Part shown: positions 47,339 through 56,252 of the stretch, in pieces | Layout of the letters: every line of letters starts with the position of its first letter | Position numbering within the stretch: position 1 is the stretch's first letter | Assembly (NCBI GenBank): GCA_963740895.1 | Contig: CAVUFQ010000004.1 | Coordinates: 286,671-350,670 of the forward strand | Source: an uncultured Actinomycetes bacterium | GTDB taxonomy: Bacteria; Actinomycetota; Thermoleophilia; Solirubrobacterales; Solirubrobacteraceae | Direction of reading: 5' to 3' | DNA: 64,000 bases | Program-made: the position numbers and the translations under genes | Notes under the pieces: model-generated | The model's database searches: none | Told to the model about the DNA's origin: nothing | The model's input: the letters and a program-made list of their open reading frames with translations, nothing else

Positions 47339-48849
47339 ACCCACGCCGCGACGACCTCTTCGAGCGCGCGCGCCAGGCGCGCGTTGGCGTCCGGGTCGCG
47401 GGCCGTGATGCGCAGGTGACCGGGGCCCAGGCCGGGGAACGAGGCCGCCGGGCGCACGGCGATCGCGCGCTCGCGCAGCGCCGCGACGACGCCCGGCCCG
47501 TCGGCGACCTCGGCGAGGCAGAAGTTCGCGGCGCCCGGCCAGACGCGGACGCCGGGGATCGCGGTCAGGCGCGCCGCGAGGTCGGCGCGCTCGGCCGCCG
47601 CGCGCTCGGCGATCGCCGCGAGCTCGCCCGGGTGGCCGGCGGCCGCGGTGAGGGCGGCCAGCGCGAGCGCGTTGCAGGACCAGGGCGGCCGCACGGCGCG
47701 CAGCCGTGCGGCGAGCGCGGGGGCGGCGATCGCGTAGCCGACGCGCAGGCCGGGCACCGCGAGCGCCTTCGTGAGGCTGCGGATGACGATGACGTCGTCG
47801 AGGCGCTCGCCCGCGAGCGTCGCCGGCTCCCCCGGGACGAGGTCCATGAACGCCTCGTCGACGGCGACGATGCGGCCCGGCCGGCGCAGTGCCAGCAGCG
47901 CGGCGGCGGGGTCCAGCGTGCCGCTCGGCGAGGCCGGGTTGCCGGCGACGACGAGGTCGGCGTCGTGCGGGATGCTCGCCGGGTCCAGGGCGAAGTCCGC
48001 CCCGGGGTCGCGCTGGACGCGGGTGACGCGCACGCCGTGGGCGCGCAGGGCGGCCTCGGACTCCGTGAACCCCGGGTGCACGACGACTGCGTGGCGCGGG
48101 CGCAGGGCCGCGGGCAAAAGCCACAGCGCCTCGGCGGCGCCGTTGCACGGGACGATCTCGTCGGGGTCGCGGCCGTGGCGGGCGGCGAGCGCGGCGGTCG
48201 CCGCGCGCTCGTCGGGATAGCGCGTGACGTCGGCCGCGCGCAGGGCGCTCCGCAGCCAGGGCGGCGGACCGCCGGCGACGACGTTCACCGCGTGGTCGGC
48301 GTCGCCGGGGCGCACGAGCGCGTCGCCGTGCAGGCGCAGCTCCGCGCCGGGCGGCGCGACGTCCGCGGACAGTTCCAGCGCGCGCCCGGCGACGACGAGC
48401 AGCACCCGGTCGGCGGCGGCGGCGAGCGCCTGCGTCGCCTCGCCGAGGAGGTCGAGCCAGCGGCGCGACAGCGCGTCGGCGGGCAGCAGGCCGCTGCCGG
48501 CCTGCTCGGCGACGACGATGACCGTGCCCATGGCGGCGGCGAGCGCGGCGACCTCGGCGCGGACGTCGGCGTCGCCGCGGTGCAGGGCGCCGGCGATCCA
48601 GGTGCCGAGGCCGTCGACGAGCACGCAGCGCCCGGGGGTCACGAGCGCGGCGAGCTCGTCACCGGCGACGACCGTCTCCCAGTCGGCCGGGCGGCGCGCG
48701 CGATGGGCCGCGATCCGCTGCGTCATCGAGCCGTCGCCGTCGTCGGCGGTCGCGACGTAGCGCACCGGCTTCCCGCTCGCGCGCGCGAGCCGCTCGGCGC
48801 AGGCGCTCTTGCCCGAGCGCGTGCCCCCGGTGACGAGCGTCAGGCTCAT
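47335..48849 (-). CDS. Fusion: adenosylcobinamide kinase/guanylyltransferase (CobU/CobP) + threonine-phosphate decarboxylase-like PLP enzyme (CobD/CobC aminotransferase class)
   Basis: ATG 48849. The N-terminal ~165 aa read MSLTLVTGGTRSGKSACAERLA...VVAEQAGSGLLP (CobU P-loop). With no intervening stop, ...LRLHGDALVRPGDADHAVNVVAGGPP...NPASPSG...IRSLTKALAVPGLRVGY follows (PLP-lysine SLTK). Confidence 0.85.
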   Translation of the reverse strand: MSLTLVTGGTRSGKSACAERLARASGKPVRYVATADDGDGSMTQRIAAHRARRPADWETVVAGDELAALVTPGRCVLVDGLGTWIAGALHRGDADVRAEVAALAAAMGTVIVVAEQAGSGLLPADALSRRWLDLLGEATQALAAAADRVLLVVAGRALELSADVAPPGAELRLHGDALVRPGDADHAVNVVAGGPPPWLRSALRAADVTRYPDERAATAALAARHGRDPDEIVPCNGAAEALWLLPAALRPRHAVVVHPGFTESEAALRAHGVRVTRVQRDPGADFALDPASIPHDADLVVAGNPASPSGTLDPAAALLALRRPGRIVAVDEAFMDLVPGEPATLAGERLDDVIVIRSLTKALAVPGLRVGYAIAAPALAARLRAVRPPWSCNALALAALTAAAGHPGELAAIAERAAAERADLAARLTAIPGVRVWPGAANFCLAEVADGPGVVAALRERAIAVRPAASFPGLGPGHLRITARDPDANARLARALEEVVAAWV

Positions 48850-50207
48850 GGCGCCGCGACGGCGACCGCGGCCGCCGCCCCCGCGAACCGCCGCGCGAGC
48901 CGCGGCTGAGCGGCCCAGCGCGTGTGCAGCCAGCTCGCCTGCAGCGCACCCGTCACGACGCCCTCCGCGCGCGTCCGGCCGCGGGCCGTCAGCGACCACG
49001 CCGCGGCGTCGCTGCCTAGCCCCTCGATCTGCGCGTGGTGGAACTCGTGGCCGCGCACGCTCTGGCCGGCGTCGATCCACGGGGTCGCGGTCGCGGCGAC
49101 GGCCTCGCGGTAGCCGAGCGTCAGGCGGCCGGACATGAAGCCGCGCGCCGGCAGCACGCCGCACATCTCGTGGCCGTCGAGCTCGCTGCACAGGACGAGC
49201 AGGCCGCCGCACTCGGCGAGCACCGGCCGCCCCGAGGCCGCGAAGGCCGCGATCTGCGCGCGCAGCGCGGCGTTGGCGGCGATCTGGGCGCCGAAGACCT
49301 CGGGGAAGCCGCCCGCGAGGATCAGCGCGCCCGCGCCCGCCGGCAGCGCCTCGTCGTGCAGCGGATCGAAGGCGGCGAGCTCGGCACCGGCGGCGGCCAG
49401 CAGCTCGAGGTTCTCCTCGTAGTGGAAGGAGAACGCCGGCCCGCGCGCGATCGCGATGCGGGCGGGCGTCGGCGGGTCGGCGGGCGCCGGGCTCCACGCG
49501 GGCCCGGGCAGATCGGGCGCGGTGCGCGCCAGGCGCTCGATCGCCGCGACGTCGGCGTAGCGCGCCATCGCGGCCGCGAGCGCATCGAGCGCGGCGCGGG
49601 CCTGGGCCTCGCGCTCGCCGGCGGGCACGAGGCCGAGGTGGCGCTCGGGCGTGACGATCCGCTCGTCGCGGCGCAGCGCGCCGAGCACCGGGATCCGCAG
49701 CGGCGCGACGGCGTCGCGCAGGAGCTCCTCGTGGATGTCGGAGCCGACGCGGTTGAAGATCACCCCGGCGACCTGCACGGCGGGGTCGAACGTCATGAAG
49801 CCGTGGACCAGCGCCGCCGCAGAGCGGGCCATCGAGGCGCCGTCGACGACGAGCAGCACCGGCGCGCGCAGGAGCTTTGCGACGTGCGCGGTCGAGGCCA
49901 GCTCGCCACGACCCGAGGCGCCGTCGAAGAGCCCCATGACGCCCTCGATGACCGCGATGCCGGCGCCGGCGGCGCCGTGGCGCACGAGCGGGGCGATGAG
50001 CTCGGGGCCGTCGAGGAAGGCGTCGAGGTTGCGGCCCGGGCGCCCGGCGGCGAGCGCGTGGTGGCTCGGGTCGATGTAGTCGGGGCCGACCTTGAAGCCC
50101 TGGACCGTCCGGCCGCTCGCGCGCAGCGCGCCGATGAGCCCGCAGGCGACGGTCGTCTTGCCCGCGCCCGAGCTCGTGCCCGCGATGACGACGCGCGCGA
50201 TCCTCAC
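48846..50207 (-). CDS. cobB: Hydrogenobyrinate / cobyrinate a,c-diamide synthase
   Basis: GTG 50207. VVIAGTSSGAGKTTVACGL...FKVGPDYIDP...ECGGLLVL (glutamine amidotransferase Cys). Confidence 0.9.
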   Translation of the reverse strand: MRIARVVIAGTSSGAGKTTVACGLIGALRASGRTVQGFKVGPDYIDPSHHALAAGRPGRNLDAFLDGPELIAPLVRHGAAGAGIAVIEGVMGLFDGASGRGELASTAHVAKLLRAPVLLVVDGASMARSAAALVHGFMTFDPAVQVAGVIFNRVGSDIHEELLRDAVAPLRIPVLGALRRDERIVTPERHLGLVPAGEREAQARAALDALAAAMARYADVAAIERLARTAPDLPGPAWSPAPADPPTPARIAIARGPAFSFHYEENLELLAAAGAELAAFDPLHDEALPAGAGALILAGGFPEVFGAQIAANAALRAQIAAFAASGRPVLAECGGLLVLCSELDGHEMCGVLPARGFMSGRLTLGYREAVAATATPWIDAGQSVRGHEFHHAQIEGLGSDAAAWSLTARGRTRAEGVVTGALQASWLHTRWAAQPRLARRFAGAAAAVAVAAP

Positions 50208-50767
50208 CACTCGATCCCCTGCTGCGCGCGGATGCCCGCGTCCATCGGGTGCTTGACCTTCACGACCTCCGACACGAGGTCGGCGAGCTCGAGCAGCTCC
50301 GGCGCGGCGTCGCGGCCGGTGATGACGACGTGCTGGAAGCCGGGACGCTCCCGCAGCGTCGCGACGACGTCGGCCACCTCGATCCAGCCCCATTTGACCG
50401 GGTAGGTGATCTCGTCGAGCAGGAGGAACTCGTAGCGCTCGGCCGCGATCGCGCGCTTGACCTCGGCCCAGCCCTCGCGCGCCATGTCGGCGGACTCGCC
50501 GAGGTCGCGCGACAGCCACGACCAGCCGTCGCCCATCTTCTCCCAGTGGATGTCGCCGAGCGCGGCGGCGGCCTTCGCCTCGCCGACCTTCCACTTGCCG
50601 GACTTCACGAACTGAAAGACGCCGCAGCGGTGACCGCGCGCCCACGAGCGCAGGAGCATCCCGAACGCCGACGTGCTCTTGCCCTTGCCGTGCCCCGTGA
50701 CGACGATGACGAGCGGGCGGTCGCGCGGCTTGCGGCGCCGCGGCTCGGCGCTGCCGCGATCGGTCAT
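50204..50767 (-). CDS. cobO: Cob(I)yrinic acid a,c-diamide adenosyltransferase
   Basis: ATG 50767. VVTGHGKGKSTSAFGMLLR...VFQFVKSGKW...LLLDEITYPV...HPMDAGIRAQQGIEW. Confidence 0.9.
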   Translation of the reverse strand: MTDRGSAEPRRRKPRDRPLVIVVTGHGKGKSTSAFGMLLRSWARGHRCGVFQFVKSGKWKVGEAKAAAALGDIHWEKMGDGWSWLSRDLGESADMAREGWAEVKRAIAAERYEFLLLDEITYPVKWGWIEVADVVATLRERPGFQHVVITGRDAAPELLELADLVSEVVKVKHPMDAGIRAQQGIEW

Positions 50768-52578
50768 GCGGCCCGCCCGAGCCGGTGGCACTCGCCACCG
50801 GCGGCGGCCGCGAGCGAGGCGGCGAGGCCGAGGCGCACGGGCCCGTCCTCGGTGTCGACGACGTGGACGGCGGCGGCGCTGCGACCGAGCGCGGCCGCGG
50901 CGCCGGCGACGCGCCGCTGCGGGTCCGAGACGCGGCCGTCGGTGAGGACGATCGCGATCGCGCGGCGGTCGGGCGCGCGCAGGGCCTCGCGGCGGATGAG
51001 CCCGGTGGCGGCGTCCAGGCCGGCGGCGAGCGGCGTGCGCCCGCCGGTCGGCAGCGCGCGGATCGCGGCGGCGGCGCGCGCGATCGGCGCGCCGGGGGCG
51101 AGCAGCAGCTCGGCGCCGTCGTCGCGGAAGGCGATGAGGGCGACGCGGTCGCGGCGGGCGTAGGCGTCCGCCAGCAGCGCGAGCAGCGCGCCCTTCACGC
51201 GCGCCAGTCGCCGCTGGGCCCCCATCGACCCGCTGGCGTCGACGACGAGGCAGACGAGCGCGCCCTCGCGCCCGCTGCGCACGTGCTCGCGCAGCTCGCC
51301 GGGACGCAGGAGGCTCGCGACGAGCGCGACGTCGGTCGCGTCCGCGGCCGCCGGGCGCGCGTCGACCGCCCCGGCCGCGGGCCCGTGCGTGCGCGCCCGC
51401 CGGCCGGCGGGTCCGGCGCCCGCGCCGTGCAGCGCGAGCGCGCCGGCCGGCAGCCGCGCCGGGGCGGGCGGGTCGCGGCGCTCGCGCGCGGGGCGATCGG
51501 GGCGCGGGGCCGGCGGCGGCGGCTCGGGTGCGGGTGCGCCGCCGTTGCCGCCGCAGGGCGGCGGCGGCTCGGGCCCCGGCTCGTCGTCGAGCGCGCGCTC
51601 GAGCTCCTCGGGCGCCGGCTCGTGGCCGTCGAGCGGGTCGCGGCGGCGGCGATGCGCGAGCGCGAGCACGGCTGCCCGGCGGACGTGCTCCTCGCCGACC
51701 TCGTCGGCGTCGTCGAGCGCCGCCAGCGCGCGCGCGGCGCGGGCGCAGACGATGTCGCCGCGCACGCCGTCGATCCCCAGCCGCGCGCAGGCGCCGGTGA
51801 TCCGCAGCAGCTCGCGGTCGGGCAGGCGGACCTCGGGCAGCAGCGCCCGCGCCGCCGCGATCCGCGCCGCCAGCGCGCGCTCGCCGTCCACCCAGCGGCT
51901 CGCAGCTGCGACCGGGTCGCGCTCGAACTCCAGGCGCCGCCGGACGATCTGCGCCCGCGCGGCCGGGTCCGCCGGCGCGCGCGCCTCGACGCCGAGCCCG
52001 AAGCGGTCGAGCAGCTGCGGGCGCAGCTCGCCCTCCTCGGCGTTCATCGTGCCGACGAGCAGGAAGCGCGCGGCGTGCTGGACGGACACGGCCTCGCGCT
52101 CGACGCGCGCGACGCCGGTGGCGGCGGCGTCCAGCAGCGCGTCGACGAGGTGGTCGGGCAGGAGGTTGACCTCGTCGACGTAGAGGATCCCCTGGTGCGC
52201 GCGGGCGAGCAGCCCGGCCTCGAAGGCGCGCTCGCCGGCGAGCGCGCGGCCGAGGTCGAGGGCGCCGACGAGCCGGTCGAGCGTCGTCCCCAGCGGCAGC
52301 TCGACGAGCGGCGCCGGACGCGCGACCACCTGCGCATCGGCGGCGACGGGCCCGTCGGGTCCCAGGTCGCCGGGGGCGAAGCAGAAGCGCTGGCCGGCGG
52401 CCGCGGCGACCGGCGCCAGCAGCGGGGCGAGCGCCCGCACGGCCGTCGACTTCGCCGTCCCGCGCTCGCCGCGGACGAGCACGCCGCCGACCTCGGGCGC
52501 GACGGCGTTGACGAGCAGCGCCTCGACGAGCGCCTCCATCCCGACGATCGCGCTCAGCGGGAACGGCGCGGCCGTCAT
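50764..52578 (-). CDS. Fused ChlI/ChlD-type AAA+ / von Willebrand A chelatase subunit (CobN partner)
   Basis: ATG 52578. FPLSAIVGMEALVEALLVNAV...VRGERGTAKST...YVDEVNLLPDHLVD (ChlI AAA+), then a Pro-rich linker (EPPPPCGGNGGAPAPEPPPPAPRP), then a vWA domain (LVVDASGSMG). Confidence 0.85.
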   Translation of the reverse strand: MTAAPFPLSAIVGMEALVEALLVNAVAPEVGGVLVRGERGTAKSTAVRALAPLLAPVAAAAGQRFCFAPGDLGPDGPVAADAQVVARPAPLVELPLGTTLDRLVGALDLGRALAGERAFEAGLLARAHQGILYVDEVNLLPDHLVDALLDAAATGVARVEREAVSVQHAARFLLVGTMNAEEGELRPQLLDRFGLGVEARAPADPAARAQIVRRRLEFERDPVAAASRWVDGERALAARIAAARALLPEVRLPDRELLRITGACARLGIDGVRGDIVCARAARALAALDDADEVGEEHVRRAAVLALAHRRRRDPLDGHEPAPEELERALDDEPGPEPPPPCGGNGGAPAPEPPPPAPRPDRPARERRDPPAPARLPAGALALHGAGAGPAGRRARTHGPAAGAVDARPAAADATDVALVASLLRPGELREHVRSGREGALVCLVVDASGSMGAQRRLARVKGALLALLADAYARRDRVALIAFRDDGAELLLAPGAPIARAAAAIRALPTGGRTPLAAGLDAATGLIRREALRAPDRRAIAIVLTDGRVSDPQRRVAGAAAALGRSAAAVHVVDTEDGPVRLGLAASLAAAAGGECHRLGRAA

Positions 52579-55500
52579 GCCTGCGCCTCCTCCAGCTCGC
52601 CCTCGAGCTCGAGGAAGCGGTCGCGGATGCCCGTCAGCGTCGCCTCGTCGGGCGCGCCCCACAGCCCGCGGTCGGCGGCCTCCAGCAGCCGCTCGGCGAT
52701 CGCCCGTGCCGCCCATGGGTTGGACTGCGCCATGAACGCCGCGACGTCGTCGTCGAGGAGGTACTTCGCCGCGACCTGCTCGTACATCCAGTCCTCGGCG
52801 ACGCCCGCCGTCGCGTCGTACCCGAAGAGGTAGTCGACGGTCGCCGACAGCTCGGCGGCGCCCTTGTAGCCGTGGCGGATCATCGACGCGATCCAGCGCG
52901 GGTTGGCGACGCGCGCCCGGAAGACGCGTCGCGTCTCCTCGGCCAGCGTCCGCGCGACGACGCGCGAGGGGTCCGAGCTGTCGCCGAGGTAGGCGGCCGG
53001 CTCGCGGCCGAGCGCGCGGACCATCGCGACCATCCCGCCGTGGAAGGCGAAGTAGTCGCCGGAATCGAGGATGTCGTGCTCGCGCGAGTCGACGTTCTGG
53101 GCGGCAACCTCGATCCGCCCGTAGGCCTCGCGCATCGCCGCCTGCGCGGGCGCGCCGTCCAGGCCGCGGCCGTAGGCGAAGCCGCCCCACGCCGCGTAGA
53201 CCTCGGCGAGGTCGGCGTCGCCGCGCCAGTCGCGGGCGTCGATGAGCTGCGCGAGGCCCGCCCCGTAGGTGCCGGGCTTGGAGCCGAAGACGCGCGTCGT
53301 CGCGAGCCGCCAGGCGGGCCCCGCCCCGAGCTCGGCGGCGAGGCGCTCGGCGTCGGCGCGGGCGTGGGCGGCGACGAAGTTGCGCTCGCCGGGCTCGTCG
53401 AGCGATGCCACGGCGCCGACGGCGTCGTCGAGCAGCGCGACGAGGTGCGGGAAGGCGTCGCGGAAGAAGCCGCTGATGCGGACCGTGACGTCGATCCGCG
53501 GGCGGCCGAGCTCCTCGAGCGCCATCACCTCGATGCCGGTGACGCGGCGCGACTCGGGATGCCACGTCGGGCGCACGCCCAGCAGCGCGAGGATCTCGGC
53601 GACGTCGTCGCCCTGTGTGCGCATCGCCGACGTGCCCCAGGCGACGAGGCCGACCATCTTCGGCAGCTCGCCGGTGTCGCGCACGTGGCGCGCCAGCAGC
53701 GCCTCGGCGAGCCGGCGCCCGACGTCCCAGGACAGCTCGGACGGCAGCGCGCGCGGGTCGACGGAGTAGAAGTTGCGGCCGGTCGGCAGGACGTCCAGGC
53801 GCCCGCGCGTCGGCGCGCCCGAGGGGCCCGCCGCGACGTGGCGGCCGTTGAGCGCGGCGACGATGCTCGTGAGCTCGTCGCCGGTCCGGCGGATGCGCGG
53901 CACGACCTCGGCGGCGGCGAAGCGCAGCACGCGCTCGACGCCGTCGTCGCGTCCGCCGAGCACCGACGCGCAGACGCCGGCGGCCGCGCCCGCGTCCCAG
54001 CCGGTCGCCGCGAGCGCGTCGAGCAGCGCCATCTGCGCCGCCTCCAGGCGGTCGGCGCCGGCGCGGTCGCGGTCGGTCGCCTGCTCGCCGCGGGCCGCGG
54101 CGATCGCGTCGCGCAAGCCCGGGACGTCGCCGCTGCCGAGGCGCAGCAGCGCCGCCGTGAGCCCGCGCAGCCGGTCGCCCTCGGGCGCTTGGCCGAGCAC
54201 GTGCAGGCCGTCCTTGATCTGGATGTCCTTGACCTCGCAGAGGTAGCCGTCGATGTGCTCGACGAGCAGGCCGAGGTCGTCGGGGCGCTCGTGGACGTCG
54301 AGGTCGGACTGGAGGTTCGCGCGCTCGATCGCGCTCCAGATGCGCGCTGCGAGCCCGGGGAGCTTCGTCGGGTCCAGGACCTCCAGGCGGGCGTATTCGT
54401 CCAGCAGCGCCTCGAGCTCGGCGAGCTCGTCGTACGTGTCCGCGCGCATCATCGGCGGGACGAGGTGGTCGACGATCACGGCGTGCGCGCGGCGCTTGGC
54501 CTGCACGCCCTCGCCGGGGTCGTTGACGACGAACGGATAGACGAGCGGCATGTCGCCGAGCGCCGCGTCCGGCGCGCAGCCGGCGCTCAGCGCGAGCGTC
54601 TTGCCGGGCAGCCATTCGAGCGTCCCGTGCTTGCCGAGGTGGACGATCGCGTCGGCGCCCCAGACGGCGTCGATGAAGTGGTAGCAGGCGAGGTAGTGGT
54701 GCGTCGGCGCCAGCTCGGGGTCGTGGTAGATCGCGACCGGATCCTCGCCGTGGCCGCGCGGCGGCTGGATCGCGACGAGCACGTTGCCGAGCTGCAGGCC
54801 CGCGACGACGAAGTCGTAGCTCCCACGGGCGTTCTCGGATAGATACCGGTCGCCCGGCGGCGGCCCCCAGCGCTGCTCGACCGCGGCCCGCAGGCCGGCC
54901 GGGAGCGTCGCGTACCAGCGCTCGTAGTCGGCGACCGGCAGGCGCAGCGGCGCGGCCGCGAGCTGGTCGCCGGTGAGGAACTCCGGGTCGTGCCCGCCGG
55001 CGGCGATCAGCGCGTGCATGAGCTCGTCGCCGTGACCGAAGGGCCGCGCGACGTCCATGCCGTCGCCGTGCAGCGCGTCGAGGAGCTTCAGGGCGCTGGC
55101 GGGCGTGTCGAGGCCGACGGCCATCCCGATCTTCGCGTGCCTCGTCGGAAAGCTCGTCAGCAGCACGGCGACGCGCCGCTGCGCGGCGGGGAGGAAGCGC
55201 AGGCGCGCGCTGCGCACGGCCAGGCTCGCGACGCGCGCGCAGCGCTCGACGTCGGGGACGTAGCGGGGAACCGCGACGCCGACCGGCGATGCATCGGCGT
55301 CGCGCTCCTTGAACGAGACGACGCCGGCGAGGATGCGCCCGTCGAACTCCGGGATCGCCACCTGCGTCGCGGCGTCCAGCGGCGCCAGGCCGGTGGCCGA
55401 GGCCTCCCAGGCCGCGCGCGACGCGGTCGCGCAGACGGCCTGGAAGACCGGCACGTCGAGCGCCGCGAGCGCGCCGGCGTCCCAGCCGAGCCAGTCGTCG

Positions 55501-56252
55501 CCGAGGTCGGCGGCGCCCGAGCCGCCGGTGGCGAGCATCGTGACGAGCAGGGCGTCGACGTGGCCGTGCAGCAGCGCGAGCGCCGGCACCTGCCCGTCGG
55601 CGTCACGGCGCAGCGTCGTGCTCCAGACCGCGAGCGCGTCGGCGCCCGCGCGCTCGATCGCCGCGCACAGCGCGTCGACGAACGCCGTGTTGCCCGTCAG
55701 CCGGTGCGCGCGATAGAAGCAGACGCCGACCGTCGGGCGGCCTGCGTCGTGGCCGGCGACCGCGTCGGCGAGCGGCACGTCGCCGAGGCCCGGGACGTAG
55801 ACGCCGAGGTCGGCGACCGCGCGCGGCGCGTCGAAGCCGTGGCCTTCGAGCAGGAACGTGTCGGCGAGGAAGCGCAGCAACTGCTCGACGTTCGCGACGT
55901 CGCCGTGGCGCAGGTACTCGCCGGCCTGGGCGACGGCGCCGGGCGGCGCGAGCGAGAGGCCCGTCAGCTCCGCGTCGGGCGCGACCTCTCCGCCCAGCGC
56001 CAGCAGGACGATGCCGCGCTGCCGGCAGCGCTCGCGCAGGAGGTCGAAGCCGTCCGGCCAGCCGCGGCGGCCGCCGAGGATCCGGCACAGCACGACGCGG
56101 GCGCCGTCGAGCAGCTCCTCGACGAAGGCCTCCGGGTCCGGGGCCCCGAAGGGGTTCGCGCAGCGCACGGCGGGGAACCCCACGGGCAGCCGCTGCACCG
56201 CGCTCGCCGTGGCGAGGATCTCCGTGTCGGCCGTCGTCACGAAGCGCAGCAC
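52575..56252 (-). CDS. cobN: Cobaltochelatase large subunit
   Basis: 1225 aa with a GTG start. CobN/Mg-chelatase H-type sequence throughout (e.g. HYLACYHFI..., LGKHGTLEWLPGK, DSREHDILDSGDYFAFHGG). Confidence 0.95.
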   Translation of the reverse strand: MLRFVTTADTEILATASAVQRLPVGFPAVRCANPFGAPDPEAFVEELLDGARVVLCRILGGRRGWPDGFDLLRERCRQRGIVLLALGGEVAPDAELTGLSLAPPGAVAQAGEYLRHGDVANVEQLLRFLADTFLLEGHGFDAPRAVADLGVYVPGLGDVPLADAVAGHDAGRPTVGVCFYRAHRLTGNTAFVDALCAAIERAGADALAVWSTTLRRDADGQVPALALLHGHVDALLVTMLATGGSGAADLGDDWLGWDAGALAALDVPVFQAVCATASRAAWEASATGLAPLDAATQVAIPEFDGRILAGVVSFKERDADASPVGVAVPRYVPDVERCARVASLAVRSARLRFLPAAQRRVAVLLTSFPTRHAKIGMAVGLDTPASALKLLDALHGDGMDVARPFGHGDELMHALIAAGGHDPEFLTGDQLAAAPLRLPVADYERWYATLPAGLRAAVEQRWGPPPGDRYLSENARGSYDFVVAGLQLGNVLVAIQPPRGHGEDPVAIYHDPELAPTHHYLACYHFIDAVWGADAIVHLGKHGTLEWLPGKTLALSAGCAPDAALGDMPLVYPFVVNDPGEGVQAKRRAHAVIVDHLVPPMMRADTYDELAELEALLDEYARLEVLDPTKLPGLAARIWSAIERANLQSDLDVHERPDDLGLLVEHIDGYLCEVKDIQIKDGLHVLGQAPEGDRLRGLTAALLRLGSGDVPGLRDAIAAARGEQATDRDRAGADRLEAAQMALLDALAATGWDAGAAAGVCASVLGGRDDGVERVLRFAAAEVVPRIRRTGDELTSIVAALNGRHVAAGPSGAPTRGRLDVLPTGRNFYSVDPRALPSELSWDVGRRLAEALLARHVRDTGELPKMVGLVAWGTSAMRTQGDDVAEILALLGVRPTWHPESRRVTGIEVMALEELGRPRIDVTVRISGFFRDAFPHLVALLDDAVGAVASLDEPGERNFVAAHARADAERLAAELGAGPAWRLATTRVFGSKPGTYGAGLAQLIDARDWRGDADLAEVYAAWGGFAYGRGLDGAPAQAAMREAYGRIEVAAQNVDSREHDILDSGDYFAFHGGMVAMVRALGREPAAYLGDSSDPSRVVARTLAEETRRVFRARVANPRWIASMIRHGYKGAAELSATVDYLFGYDATAGVAEDWMYEQVAAKYLLDDDVAAFMAQSNPWAARAIAERLLEAADRGLWGAPDEATLTGIRDRFLELEGELEEAQA

